Positions 38,547 to 47,399 of a stretch of DNA of 64,000 bases are shown here, piece by piece. Origin of the DNA: Candidatus Nomurabacteria bacterium. Lineage in GTDB: Bacteria; Patescibacteriota; Minisyncoccia; Phycocordibacterales; UBA9973. The translations under genes were made by a program, and so were the position numbers. Within the stretch, counting starts at the first letter, position 1. Every line of letters begins with the position of its first letter. Where the stretch lies: contig JAPLXS010000012.1 in NCBI GenBank assembly GCA_026395965.1, positions 115,977 through 179,976 of the forward strand, read 5' to 3'. Under the pieces are notes generated by a model. It saw nothing but the letters and a program-made list of their open reading frames with translations, ran no database searches and had not been told where the DNA came from.

Positions 38547-39329
38547 ATGGAAAAATTACCTCAAAAAGTACATGAAAATAAAGATTTGGCGGTACATCTT
38601 GTAAGACATGCGAAAGCATTATATATACAAAATGAATGGGATGATATTGAAACAGCTAATGATATTGGTTCTCCAGAAGGGAAAAAACATGAATTAGACA
38701 AAATTAAAGCTACCGCAGAAAAGATAGCTTCTCTTGTTGAGAAAGGTGAAGAAATAGCTATTTGGGCTTCTCCTACAGGAAGGACTCTTGAAACAGCCAA
38801 GACTCTTAGTTTAGAGTTAAAGAATTTTGGGGTTGAAATAAGAGATGCCAAAAACTCTTATGGTGTAAATATTTTTGATCAAATAGGAGAAGTAAAAAAT
38901 TTTTCTCATGAAATATTTATGAAGTTTGTTAATGGTGGTACTATTAAAATGGAAGGAAATGATATTTTTTTAGAAAAGAAATATACTAATCCTGATAATT
39001 TACCACCTAATATTTATTTTCAACAAGATGCAATACATAATATAGATAAAAAATATAAGGATAGTTTACCCAATATACTACAGGAAGGTGTAGGTAATAT
39101 CGAAAAGTTTTATGAAGTAACAAATAGAATACAATCTGTTCTTAAAAGACTTAATAATTTACATGACAAAAAATACAGAATAATAATAGTAACACATGAT
39201 GCTCTTACTAGTTATTTAGTTAATGAATTTACTAGTGGAGATAAACAAGGAATAGATCCAGCCGAGATGGTTTCATTACTTAGAGAAAATGGCACACTAA
39301 AAGTGTGGTCAATAACTTCAAATGATTAA
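38547..39329 (+). CDS. Histidine phosphatase superfamily protein
   Basis: VHLVRHA, IWASPTGRTLETA and IIIVTHD motifs (RHG/SP..R/H). Confidence 0.8.
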   Translation: MEKLPQKVHENKDLAVHLVRHAKALYIQNEWDDIETANDIGSPEGKKHELDKIKATAEKIASLVEKGEEIAIWASPTGRTLETAKTLSLELKNFGVEIRDAKNSYGVNIFDQIGEVKNFSHEIFMKFVNGGTIKMEGNDIFLEKKYTNPDNLPPNIYFQQDAIHNIDKKYKDSLPNILQEGVGNIEKFYEVTNRIQSVLKRLNNLHDKKYRIIIVTHDALTSYLVNEFTSGDKQGIDPAEMVSLLRENGTLKVWSITSND

Positions 39330-39733
39330 GCTCTGAATTCGTTTAGCCCATCAGAATATCCTTCAACAACTTTAATTAAAATAGGTTTTTCAAAGTATTC
39401 GATAAGACCATTGTCGAACGCCTTTTGTAATAACTCATTTGAATATAGAGGATCTAAGTTTTTAATACAGGAGAGAGTGATATGCGGGAATTTATTTTTT
39501 GATTTTATGTTTTCGACTAAAAGAGCATCTCCCTTTTCATCAGTAGCTCTACCTAAAATTTTAATATCGTATATTTCTCCAACATTTATATCATTTAAAT
39601 TATTTGGTTTAAACTCAATAGTAGAATGGTCACCAAAAACCGCTTCGTGTTTAGGTGAAAAAATTTCTAAGATTCTGTTAATATCAATTACAAATAACGC
39701 AGTGCACAAAATTTCTTTATTATCCATACTCAT
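39326..39733 (-). CDS. Stand-alone 2H phosphoesterase (tRNA-ligase CPDase-like)
   Basis: Two HxT motifs, DHSTI and PHITLS, plus a P.YSN.LL tail recalled from tRNA-ligase CPD-like proteins. Confidence 0.65.
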   Translation of the reverse strand: MSMDNKEILCTALFVIDINRILEIFSPKHEAVFGDHSTIEFKPNNLNDINVGEIYDIKILGRATDEKGDALLVENIKSKNKFPHITLSCIKNLDPLYSNELLQKAFDNGLIEYFEKPILIKVVEGYSDGLNEFRA

Positions 39734-39790
39734 TATTATACTATATATGTTTATTGCTTTAAAAGATATTTTGTTCTATTATCTTTATAT

Positions 39791-40342
39791 ATGATATTAA
39801 ATTCACATACAATAATTTCACCTTATACTAATGAATGGAAGGATAAATTTAGCACTGAAAAAGACTTAATTCTTGATTTATTAAAGGATAAAATTCTTGC
39901 AATAGAACATATTGGAAGTACTTCTATTCCAGGACTTTCAGCTAAACCTATCGCTGATATAGCTATCATAGTGAATGAATTTGAACCAGCAGATGTATTT
40001 AGTAAAGATTTAAGTAAGTTGGGGTATAAATACAATTCATCTAGTACTGAAAGACATTTTTATATAAAAGGAGATCCTGAGAGTTTTCATTTGTCTATTT
40101 CCTTTGCTAATAGAGGGGGTTTTTGGGTTAGACAAATACTTTTCAGAGACTACTTGAGAAATAATCCTGAATCAAAGAAAGAGTATGAGGAATTAAAAAA
40201 GAAACTTTTAACTGAAGACCCTACTGGGGTAAATTCTTATTTTGCAGGAAAAGATGCTTTTGTTAAAAAGATATTAACTTTAGCAAATTGGAAAGAAAAT
40301 CAATTGTATTCAGATTACATGAAAGATAAAAAGTTAAATTAG
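39791..40342 (+). CDS. GrpB-family (UPF0157) nucleotidyltransferase-fold protein
   Basis: IEHIGSTSIPGLSAKPIADI, FRDYLR...EYEELKK.L and Y..GK..FV. Confidence 0.88.
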   Translation: MILNSHTIISPYTNEWKDKFSTEKDLILDLLKDKILAIEHIGSTSIPGLSAKPIADIAIIVNEFEPADVFSKDLSKLGYKYNSSSTERHFYIKGDPESFHLSISFANRGGFWVRQILFRDYLRNNPESKKEYEELKKKLLTEDPTGVNSYFAGKDAFVKKILTLANWKENQLYSDYMKDKKLN

Positions 40343-41409
40343 TTCAGTTTAATTGTTTTATATTGTATAAATGTATCTTCTGGTTTAGATTGTTTATATA
40401 TAAAAATCTCTTTAACTTCCATTTTTGTATTTTTTATTTTAAGGAGTTCACTTTCGATATCTTTTTTTATTATATCTGAGTAGAAACCTTTTTTAAATTG
40501 GATTAATGTAGTATGTGGTATGTATTGTGAACCTTCAAAATATCTTGATTTTAACTCAGGACTACAATTTAGCTTATTGATTAATTTATTATGCATATCA
40601 ATTAAAATTTTTGAATCTGATTCTAGATATAAAACTGAATTGTTAAATACGCCAATATTTTTAAATGAAAGTCTAAAAGATTTATAATTTTTAATTATCT
40701 CTTCAAAATTTGCAATCCATAATTCATTGGGTAATAACCCCCCAGGTGCTTTTATCGTAATATGAGGTTCAGCAAGTAATAAAACTGAGTCCAGAGAGTA
40801 TATCTTATGAATATTTAATACTAAATCTTTAACTTGTCCCAATATTGGGATCGCGATGAAATATTTTTCCTGTATAATTTGATCTTCTGAAAAGTCTAAT
40901 ATTTTTTTAACAAATTCTGTTTTTCCTGAATTATAAACTTCACCTAGAGAGAGGTCCACGAATTCTTTTTCTGGTGTAATTTTTAAATTATTTTCTTTTA
41001 AATTTTGATATTCTAAAATATGCTTCGGGTTATTAATTAAATAATCACGAAAAAGAATCTGTCTTCTCCAGAATGAAAATTTTGGAGAAGACACAGAAAG
41101 ATGATATTCTACAGGGTCACCTTTTCTACAAAAAATTCTTTCAGCTGATGACATTTTTGGATAATATACATATCCTAATTCCTGTATAAGATTAATAATA
41201 GGATCAATGTTGTCTATCGAGTTTACAAGAACGGCTATATCTATAATAGGCTTGGCTGAGAGCCCAGGGATGGAAGTACTTCCAATATGCTCAATATTTA
41301 GAACATCATATTTATTCTCAAAAGTTTTTGTTATTTTTTCTTTTTCTATTTCAAACTTGGTTTTCCAAAATTCTTGATATTTTGTGAAAAATTGATGATT
41401 ATTTTCCAT
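40339..41409 (-). CDS. GrpB-family domain fused to 2'-5' RNA ligase-like 2H phosphoesterase
   Basis: N-terminal IEHIGSTSIPGLSAKPIIDIAV...FRDYL...Y..GKTEFV; C-terminal EPHITIK and YIPHTTL (two HxT motifs). Confidence 0.82.
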   Translation of the reverse strand: MENNHQFFTKYQEFWKTKFEIEKEKITKTFENKYDVLNIEHIGSTSIPGLSAKPIIDIAVLVNSIDNIDPIINLIQELGYVYYPKMSSAERIFCRKGDPVEYHLSVSSPKFSFWRRQILFRDYLINNPKHILEYQNLKENNLKITPEKEFVDLSLGEVYNSGKTEFVKKILDFSEDQIIQEKYFIAIPILGQVKDLVLNIHKIYSLDSVLLLAEPHITIKAPGGLLPNELWIANFEEIIKNYKSFRLSFKNIGVFNNSVLYLESDSKILIDMHNKLINKLNCSPELKSRYFEGSQYIPHTTLIQFKKGFYSDIIKKDIESELLKIKNTKMEVKEIFIYKQSKPEDTFIQYKTIKLN

Positions 41410-41412
41410 ATA

Positions 41413-42204
41413 TTATTCGTTTTTCTTATTTTTAAATGATAATAAATTACTGTCCTCAGAATATATAAAGGTTATGTTTGGATATTTTTTTAATGAATAT
41501 TCATAAACCGCTGTATTCTTATAATAAGAGTTAGGATACATTATAACTTTTTTACCCAACATTGTACTGGCAATAGCTATGTGCAATCTGTCTGTTCTTA
41601 TTTCTTCATATTTAGATATTTCTTCTAAAAAATCTTTAATTGGTTTTTTGCAATATCCATTTTTTGAAATATCAAAATTATTTTTAGGTTTTATTTTTTT
41701 TATAGATTCGCAATCTTCTCTAAAAGCATTCAAAATACCAGTCCCATTTTTTTTGTATGAATCAAAATTATTATAAAATGCACAATCGTGCCATATATAA
41801 ACTTGGCAATTTTTGGCATATTCTTTGACGAAATCATAACTAATCATATCTCTGCAAAATATCGTGACATTATTATTTAGGGTTTCTAGTAATGATTTTT
41901 GTTTTTCTCCGTTAATTGTATGTGGTAGTATTATAACTTCTTTGTATTGTTGATTTTTTTTAATCAAAAAATCTCTAACATCAAAATAATAATCTACAAA
42001 ATTACCACCTCCATCTATAAAAAGAACATTATTATGTACACCATCTTCGGTGTTGACATATTTTAAATTTATAGATAGTTCCTCCATTAATTTTAATGTT
42101 CCATGCCATATTAAAGAATCACCATAATTACCATTGAATCTATAAAAATCAACTTCTGTATTTGAGAATCTTTTTAAATATTTTTTTAAATCCATTTCTT
42201 TCAT
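41413..42204 (-). CDS. Polysaccharide pyruvyl transferase family protein
   Basis: GNYGDSLIW.G, GGGNF, FCRD..SY, HDCAF and TDRLH..IA..MLGK...NSYYKN. Confidence 0.85.
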   Translation of the reverse strand: MKEMDLKKYLKRFSNTEVDFYRFNGNYGDSLIWHGTLKLMEELSINLKYVNTEDGVHNNVLFIDGGGNFVDYYFDVRDFLIKKNQQYKEVIILPHTINGEKQKSLLETLNNNVTIFCRDMISYDFVKEYAKNCQVYIWHDCAFYNNFDSYKKNGTGILNAFREDCESIKKIKPKNNFDISKNGYCKKPIKDFLEEISKYEEIRTDRLHIAIASTMLGKKVIMYPNSYYKNTAVYEYSLKKYPNITFIYSEDSNLLSFKNKKNE

Positions 42205-42213
42205 AAAATAATT

Positions 42214-43893
42214 TTATATATTGTTTTTAATAACCTCAAAGACAAAATTAGGTATAATTTTGTCAAAACAAAATTCTTCACAGCAATCAATTTCTTCTTG
42301 TCTCTTTGTGTGGTTACATAATATATGCCTATTTTTGTTGTATATAGATATGGTTTCTTTATTTAAATTTAGATATTTAGGATGAGTTGCCCCAAATATC
42401 ATAAAAGACTTCTTTTTAAAACTTTGAGCTATAATGGCAGGACCAGAATCATTACCTATAAAAAACTCACAATACTTTATTAAAGATAACATTTCTTTAA
42501 AACTATTGCTGTCATCTAGAAAAATTACCTTGACTCTAAGTTCTTCTATTATTAGAAATGAAAGATCTTTATAATTTTTAATACCCCAATTTCTTTTATT
42601 TTCTTGCCACGAGCTAGTGTTCGGAGCTATTAAAACATACTTTTCTTTCATTAATACATCATGTTTATCATTAAGGAAAGGTAAATTATTAATATTTTCA
42701 TCTATTCCTGCTGATTCAGCAAATCCCTGGATATAAGTTTTGTCATTTCGTGAATTTTCATAATTTAATTTTATTTTTATATCTACACCATCAAAATCAT
42801 TTATGTCTGAATAATTTATAATTCCATCATAAGCGGGAAGTAAGTTATTGATGTTATTTATATTTGTGGCTAAGTAAACTTTATTAACGTATTTATGTAA
42901 ATATCTAGCAATGGGTTCTGTCATTATTACATCACCAAGATTTCCTTTTCTTATTAGGCAGATGGAATTAATTTCCCTGTTTTTTATTTTATTAATAAAA
43001 TATGTTTTATACCAAAAGTTTAAAGTATTATCAGTTATTATTTTATTTTTTTCTATAACTGTTCCCCAAAATGTTCTATGCTCAGAAAACCACATTTCAT
43101 TTACTTTTTCTAAATTATCTTTAAATTCGATCACGTAATTTTTAATGGTTTGTATCCTCTCAAGCCAAGGAGAATTATCATTTGAACTAGAGTCTCTTTC
43201 ATATTTTGCTAGTTTTTTCCATTTTTCATAAATCATTTTTGCTGTATTCCTGAATTCATAATGTAGTAACTTGGCTTCGTTGTAAGGAATTATAAAAGGA
43301 TTACTTGTATATGTACCAAAAAAATCAGGATTATTTCTAGACTTCACATAATGTCCACCAACCACAATTTCGATATTCTTATGATTCTTGATTATAGCTT
43401 TTCTGAAATGGCCAAACTCTTGCCATGGTTTTTCTGGCCATGGTAAATAATAACAATTTGTATCTATTGGAGTAGCTTGTGCACGACTGCATTCAAATAA
43501 TGCGTTTGCCCATCCGATAGTTGCATACACGATACCAGCTTTTTCTAGTCGATCAATAAAAGCATGAATTGTCTTATCTTTCATACTTACAAATTCATCT
43601 GCATCCAGCATAAAAAACCAATCCACTTTAAAATTTTTATTTGCAAATGAAAGTAGTTTATTCGCAATTTTTGCATGGTCAAAAACAGGGTCTTCTTCTT
43701 TGATTACAATTATTCTTTTGTCCGCATTGTAGCTTTCCAGGATATCGTTTGTTTTATCTGTTGAACAATGGTTAGCTATAAAAATATAATCAAAACCAAT
43801 ACTAAGGTGATATGATATATTCAAGTCAATAAAACTCTCCTCATTTCTAACTACCATCAAAATAGCAATTTTATTATCTGTTTTGTTCTCCAT
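42214..43893 (-). CDS. Bifunctional glycosyltransferase: GT2 (GT-A) plus GT9/heptosyltransferase-like (GT-B)
   Basis: N-terminal MVVRNE...YH..IGFD...STD.T and WFFMLDADEF; C-terminal GNLGDVIM..P, FIGNDSGP..IA and FGAT.P. Confidence 0.85.
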   Translation of the reverse strand: MENKTDNKIAILMVVRNEESFIDLNISYHLSIGFDYIFIANHCSTDKTNDILESYNADKRIIVIKEEDPVFDHAKIANKLLSFANKNFKVDWFFMLDADEFVSMKDKTIHAFIDRLEKAGIVYATIGWANALFECSRAQATPIDTNCYYLPWPEKPWQEFGHFRKAIIKNHKNIEIVVGGHYVKSRNNPDFFGTYTSNPFIIPYNEAKLLHYEFRNTAKMIYEKWKKLAKYERDSSSNDNSPWLERIQTIKNYVIEFKDNLEKVNEMWFSEHRTFWGTVIEKNKIITDNTLNFWYKTYFINKIKNREINSICLIRKGNLGDVIMTEPIARYLHKYVNKVYLATNINNINNLLPAYDGIINYSDINDFDGVDIKIKLNYENSRNDKTYIQGFAESAGIDENINNLPFLNDKHDVLMKEKYVLIAPNTSSWQENKRNWGIKNYKDLSFLIIEELRVKVIFLDDSNSFKEMLSLIKYCEFFIGNDSGPAIIAQSFKKKSFMIFGATHPKYLNLNKETISIYNKNRHILCNHTKRQEEIDCCEEFCFDKIIPNFVFEVIKNNI

Positions 43894-44632
43894 AAATAAT
43901 TTTATTTAAGTCCAATTTAAAACGATAAAAAGCTGGATGTTCTGGCCATGTTGCATGAAAAAGATCTATGTTATCTAAAGATTTAATTTCTAAATTTTGG
44001 TGATCACTTATTAAAGCATATTTTTCTTTCGGTAAAATTAATAGACTCCCATTCCTTAGGTATGGAGTAAGAGCAATAGCTAAAGATCCTTGTTCGTCGT
44101 GGTGGGTTTGGTTCTTGTATGAAATATTTTTCAGCCACCACTCAAATTCTCGAGCAAGATCTGGTGTTATGTCATAATTTTTCTTTTGAATAAATAATCC
44201 TGCATTTATAAAAGGTGTATCGGGTGAAGCTTTAACTTTCATTGCTCCATGTTGCCAACTTTCACCTTCAAATTCATCTAGAATTGCGAAATGTAAACTA
44301 TCATCGTTTAAAAAATTTTCAATTTCTTTTGGGTATTTTACAAGAAATACATCTGAATCTATATAAAATTCTGTCTCATCAATGTTTATTCTAGATTTGG
44401 GACACCATTTCAACCAAGTTGCTTTTGATTTAACGTCAAACATGCTTTTATTTTCTGAAAAAAAAGATTTAACTTGAGCTATGTTTTTTAAGCTTACTGG
44501 TATTGATTCAACATTGTCGGTGTATAAAATATATTTATGAGAATCACCGTACCATCTTTTAAAAGAAGAAATGCTGTATTCTAACATTTCATAATTTTTA
44601 TTATCTCCCCATATTGACCATCTAAATATCAT
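43874..44632 (-). CDS. GT-A fold nucleotide-sugar transferase (GT8-like)
   Basis: SISSF...ILYTD, YIDSDVFL (DxD), INAGL, DEQG and a late FH motif. Confidence 0.7.
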   Translation of the reverse strand: MIFRWSIWGDNKNYEMLEYSISSFKRWYGDSHKYILYTDNVESIPVSLKNIAQVKSFFSENKSMFDVKSKATWLKWCPKSRINIDETEFYIDSDVFLVKYPKEIENFLNDDSLHFAILDEFEGESWQHGAMKVKASPDTPFINAGLFIQKKNYDITPDLAREFEWWLKNISYKNQTHHDEQGSLAIALTPYLRNGSLLILPKEKYALISDHQNLEIKSLDNIDLFHATWPEHPAFYRFKLDLNKIIYGEQNR

Positions 44633-45903
44633 ATATTTTCTAGAAAATTAATTAAGTTATTTGAATAATCAAAATCTTTTACTGAATTTTCATTAAGTTT
44701 TGACATATTTTTCCGATTGTCTATTGTGGTGTTAGATGCAATATAAAGAGTTTCAGCAAACATATCTATATTTAAAGGATCTACAAGGTAGCATTCATTT
44801 TTTTCAAAAGAATCTTTGACCCCATCTTTATCACTGGCAACTATTACATAGTTCATATCCTTCATAAATAGTTTAGCTTCTATGGGGGTATGTGGATTTG
44901 GATCCATTAACGATGGTAAACAAACTATATCTGTATTTTTATATCTCAAAATAGATTTCCAAATATTTTGATTAAAGTTGTTTACAACAACTACCCGAGG
45001 TAAAACATTAGCCATTTCTATTAATTTTGAATAGTATTCATCTTCTCCTGAATTATTTGGGGCTTGTAAAATAAGGAAGTGATTGGACAGTTTGTTGTTT
45101 ATTATCGCCCATGCATCAATTAATTCTTTGAAACCTTTGGCGACCGAACATCTACCCCAACTAAATATAATTTTTGACCCACTGTTTAAGTTTTGATTTA
45201 AATAGCTAATATCTTCAAATTTTGTATTCATTTTTAATGACTCTGCGTATTCACTAAATGATAATCCATTTTTAAGATAATCATTCATTGTAAAGCGTAA
45301 TCCATAATTATCGAATAAATGCTCACCGAAACTATTTCCTGTAGCTATCACTCTAGAATTTTTATCTTGATTTATTAAAGTAAAACATTCTTTTTCTATG
45401 TGAACTCTCTCATCTCTCCATATTTTATTTCCAAATACATGATTTAATCCACTACTATGTGGTAAATAATAACATTTAAGATTTTTATTAATCACTTGAT
45501 CTTTAAATTTTGAAAATAACAAAAATGGAGTATCGTGTAACATTAATATGTTTTCTTCATCTTCTTTAAGAATGAGATTTAAACTTGTGGCAAGAGAAGC
45601 GGATACATAATTCCATTCTGGAAAACTTCTCCACATATCCCACTCTGTTAGCCCCTTTGTTCCATTACACAATGGAACCATAAAGCCTTGAGTTTTGTTT
45701 ACCAGAGAGAGGCTTTTACTGTAACTTTCTTTGCTGTATGCTTTGCCTTCAGGGCTAGCTGTAATATAGGCAATACTTACCCTTATATTATTATCTTTGG
45801 CGTAATTATTTAGTGTTGCAACAGTATTTTTAGCTATTGTTCCTACTCCACAATAAAAAGTAGATAGTCCATCATATGACGCTATAATAATATGCTTTTT
45901 CAT
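44629..45903 (-). CDS. GT-B (GT4-like) glycosyltransferase
   Basis: N-terminal GVG loop (FYCGVGT), IIFSWGRC..AKGF..LI.A, CLPS.MDP.P.TPIEA, VASD.DG and LVDP.N. Confidence 0.82.
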   Translation of the reverse strand: MKKHIIIASYDGLSTFYCGVGTIAKNTVATLNNYAKDNNIRVSIAYITASPEGKAYSKESYSKSLSLVNKTQGFMVPLCNGTKGLTEWDMWRSFPEWNYVSASLATSLNLILKEDEENILMLHDTPFLLFSKFKDQVINKNLKCYYLPHSSGLNHVFGNKIWRDERVHIEKECFTLINQDKNSRVIATGNSFGEHLFDNYGLRFTMNDYLKNGLSFSEYAESLKMNTKFEDISYLNQNLNSGSKIIFSWGRCSVAKGFKELIDAWAIINNKLSNHFLILQAPNNSGEDEYYSKLIEMANVLPRVVVVNNFNQNIWKSILRYKNTDIVCLPSLMDPNPHTPIEAKLFMKDMNYVIVASDKDGVKDSFEKNECYLVDPLNIDMFAETLYIASNTTIDNRKNMSKLNENSVKDFDYSNNLINFLENI

Positions 45904-46082
45904 ATGCTATTTATAATAACACATAATTTATGACTTAGCAATTGTTAATTAAATAATAACACTTCGACCTTGTTATTAAAAGTTTATTGTATCGCAGACG
46001 CTTGAAATCATAGAGGAAGTTACCAACATGTTGCCAACAATTAATGCCTTAGCAAAAGATTAAATTTCTGGCATCATTAGGT

Positions 46083-47399
46083 ATGGAGACAACCAATATA
46101 GGTCTTATTTATAACCCAATAATAGCAACTGAAACAAGGATCAAATACGTGCTGTATGCACGTAAATCGACTGAATCTGACGAGCAACAAGCATTGTCGA
46201 TAGATTCTCAGATTAAGGAAATGACCACCATAGCAGAGCGTTTAAAGCTTAATGTAGTAGCAATCAAAAGAGAGTCTCATTCAGCTAAAGCTTCAGGACA
46301 AAGACCTGTATTTAAAGAATTATTAGAGGAGATTAGCAAAGGTATCTATAACGGAATCTTAACATGGGCACCAGATAGACTTTCAAGAAATGCGGGAGAT
46401 CTAGGTACTGTTGTTGATTTTATGGATGAAAAGAAATTAATTCATATACAAACCTTTGGACAAACTTTTTCTAATTCACCGAATGAAAAATTTCTTTTAA
46501 TGATTTTATATTCTCAGGCAAAACTTGAAAATGATAATAAAAGTATAAATGTTAAACGAGGTCTAAGAGCAAGAGTAGAGATGGGATTATGGCCATGTAA
46601 ACCTCCAACTGGTTACACTAAGTTTAAAAGAATGGATCAAAAGTGTGAAGCAATAATTGATCCAGTCCGTGCACCCATCATAAAACAAATATTTGAAAAA
46701 GTTGGTTATCAAAATTGGAGTGGCAGAAAAGTATTTCATTGGTTGAAGCAAGATATAGATTTTAAAACTGAAAATAATATACATCTTAGTTTAGGAAATT
46801 TATATGTAATAATATCAAATACTTTCTATTACGGAAGATTTGAATTTCCAAAAGGTTCAGGTAATTGGTATAACGGAGCACACGAGCCAATCATATCAAA
46901 AGAACTTTTTGATTTAGTTCAAACACAAATTAAAAGTCAGATAATGGAACCGAGATCAAAACAAAAAGAATTTGCTTTCACTAGAATTATGACTTGCGGA
47001 TTGTGTAGTTCTGGAATTACGGCAGATGAAAAATTTAAAAAGCACAAAGACGGAACAGTGAGCCGTTACGTATATTATAAATGTACTAGAGTAAAAGATT
47101 CTAAATGTAAAAGTGGTTACATAAATGAAGATGACTTAATTAGACAGCTTCAAAATCTTATTGATGATCTTGAGATTCAAACAGTCCCAATGAGAGAGAA
47201 AATAACAAGTGAAGTTAAACGATTTAAGAGTTTTGAAAAAATGTTGTTAGGAAGAAAAAGCCCTGTAATTATTAAAGATATAGATATTCGTAATTATGCT
47301 AAGTTTATACTCCAAGAAGGATCAATGGACGAAAAACGAGAGTTTTTAAGGTGTTTAAATAGTAAAATTTTTTTAAATGGGAAAAAAGTAATTATTTAA
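46083..47399 (+). CDS. Large serine recombinase (resolvase, recombinase and Zn-ribbon domains)
   Basis: YARKS(T) catalytic Ser, ESHSA...RP.F, DRLSRN, N.FYYG, G.HEPIIS.ELF..VQ and CGLC...YYKC...C. Confidence 0.92.
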   Translation: METTNIGLIYNPIIATETRIKYVLYARKSTESDEQQALSIDSQIKEMTTIAERLKLNVVAIKRESHSAKASGQRPVFKELLEEISKGIYNGILTWAPDRLSRNAGDLGTVVDFMDEKKLIHIQTFGQTFSNSPNEKFLLMILYSQAKLENDNKSINVKRGLRARVEMGLWPCKPPTGYTKFKRMDQKCEAIIDPVRAPIIKQIFEKVGYQNWSGRKVFHWLKQDIDFKTENNIHLSLGNLYVIISNTFYYGRFEFPKGSGNWYNGAHEPIISKELFDLVQTQIKSQIMEPRSKQKEFAFTRIMTCGLCSSGITADEKFKKHKDGTVSRYVYYKCTRVKDSKCKSGYINEDDLIRQLQNLIDDLEIQTVPMREKITSEVKRFKSFEKMLLGRKSPVIIKDIDIRNYAKFILQEGSMDEKREFLRCLNSKIFLNGKKVII

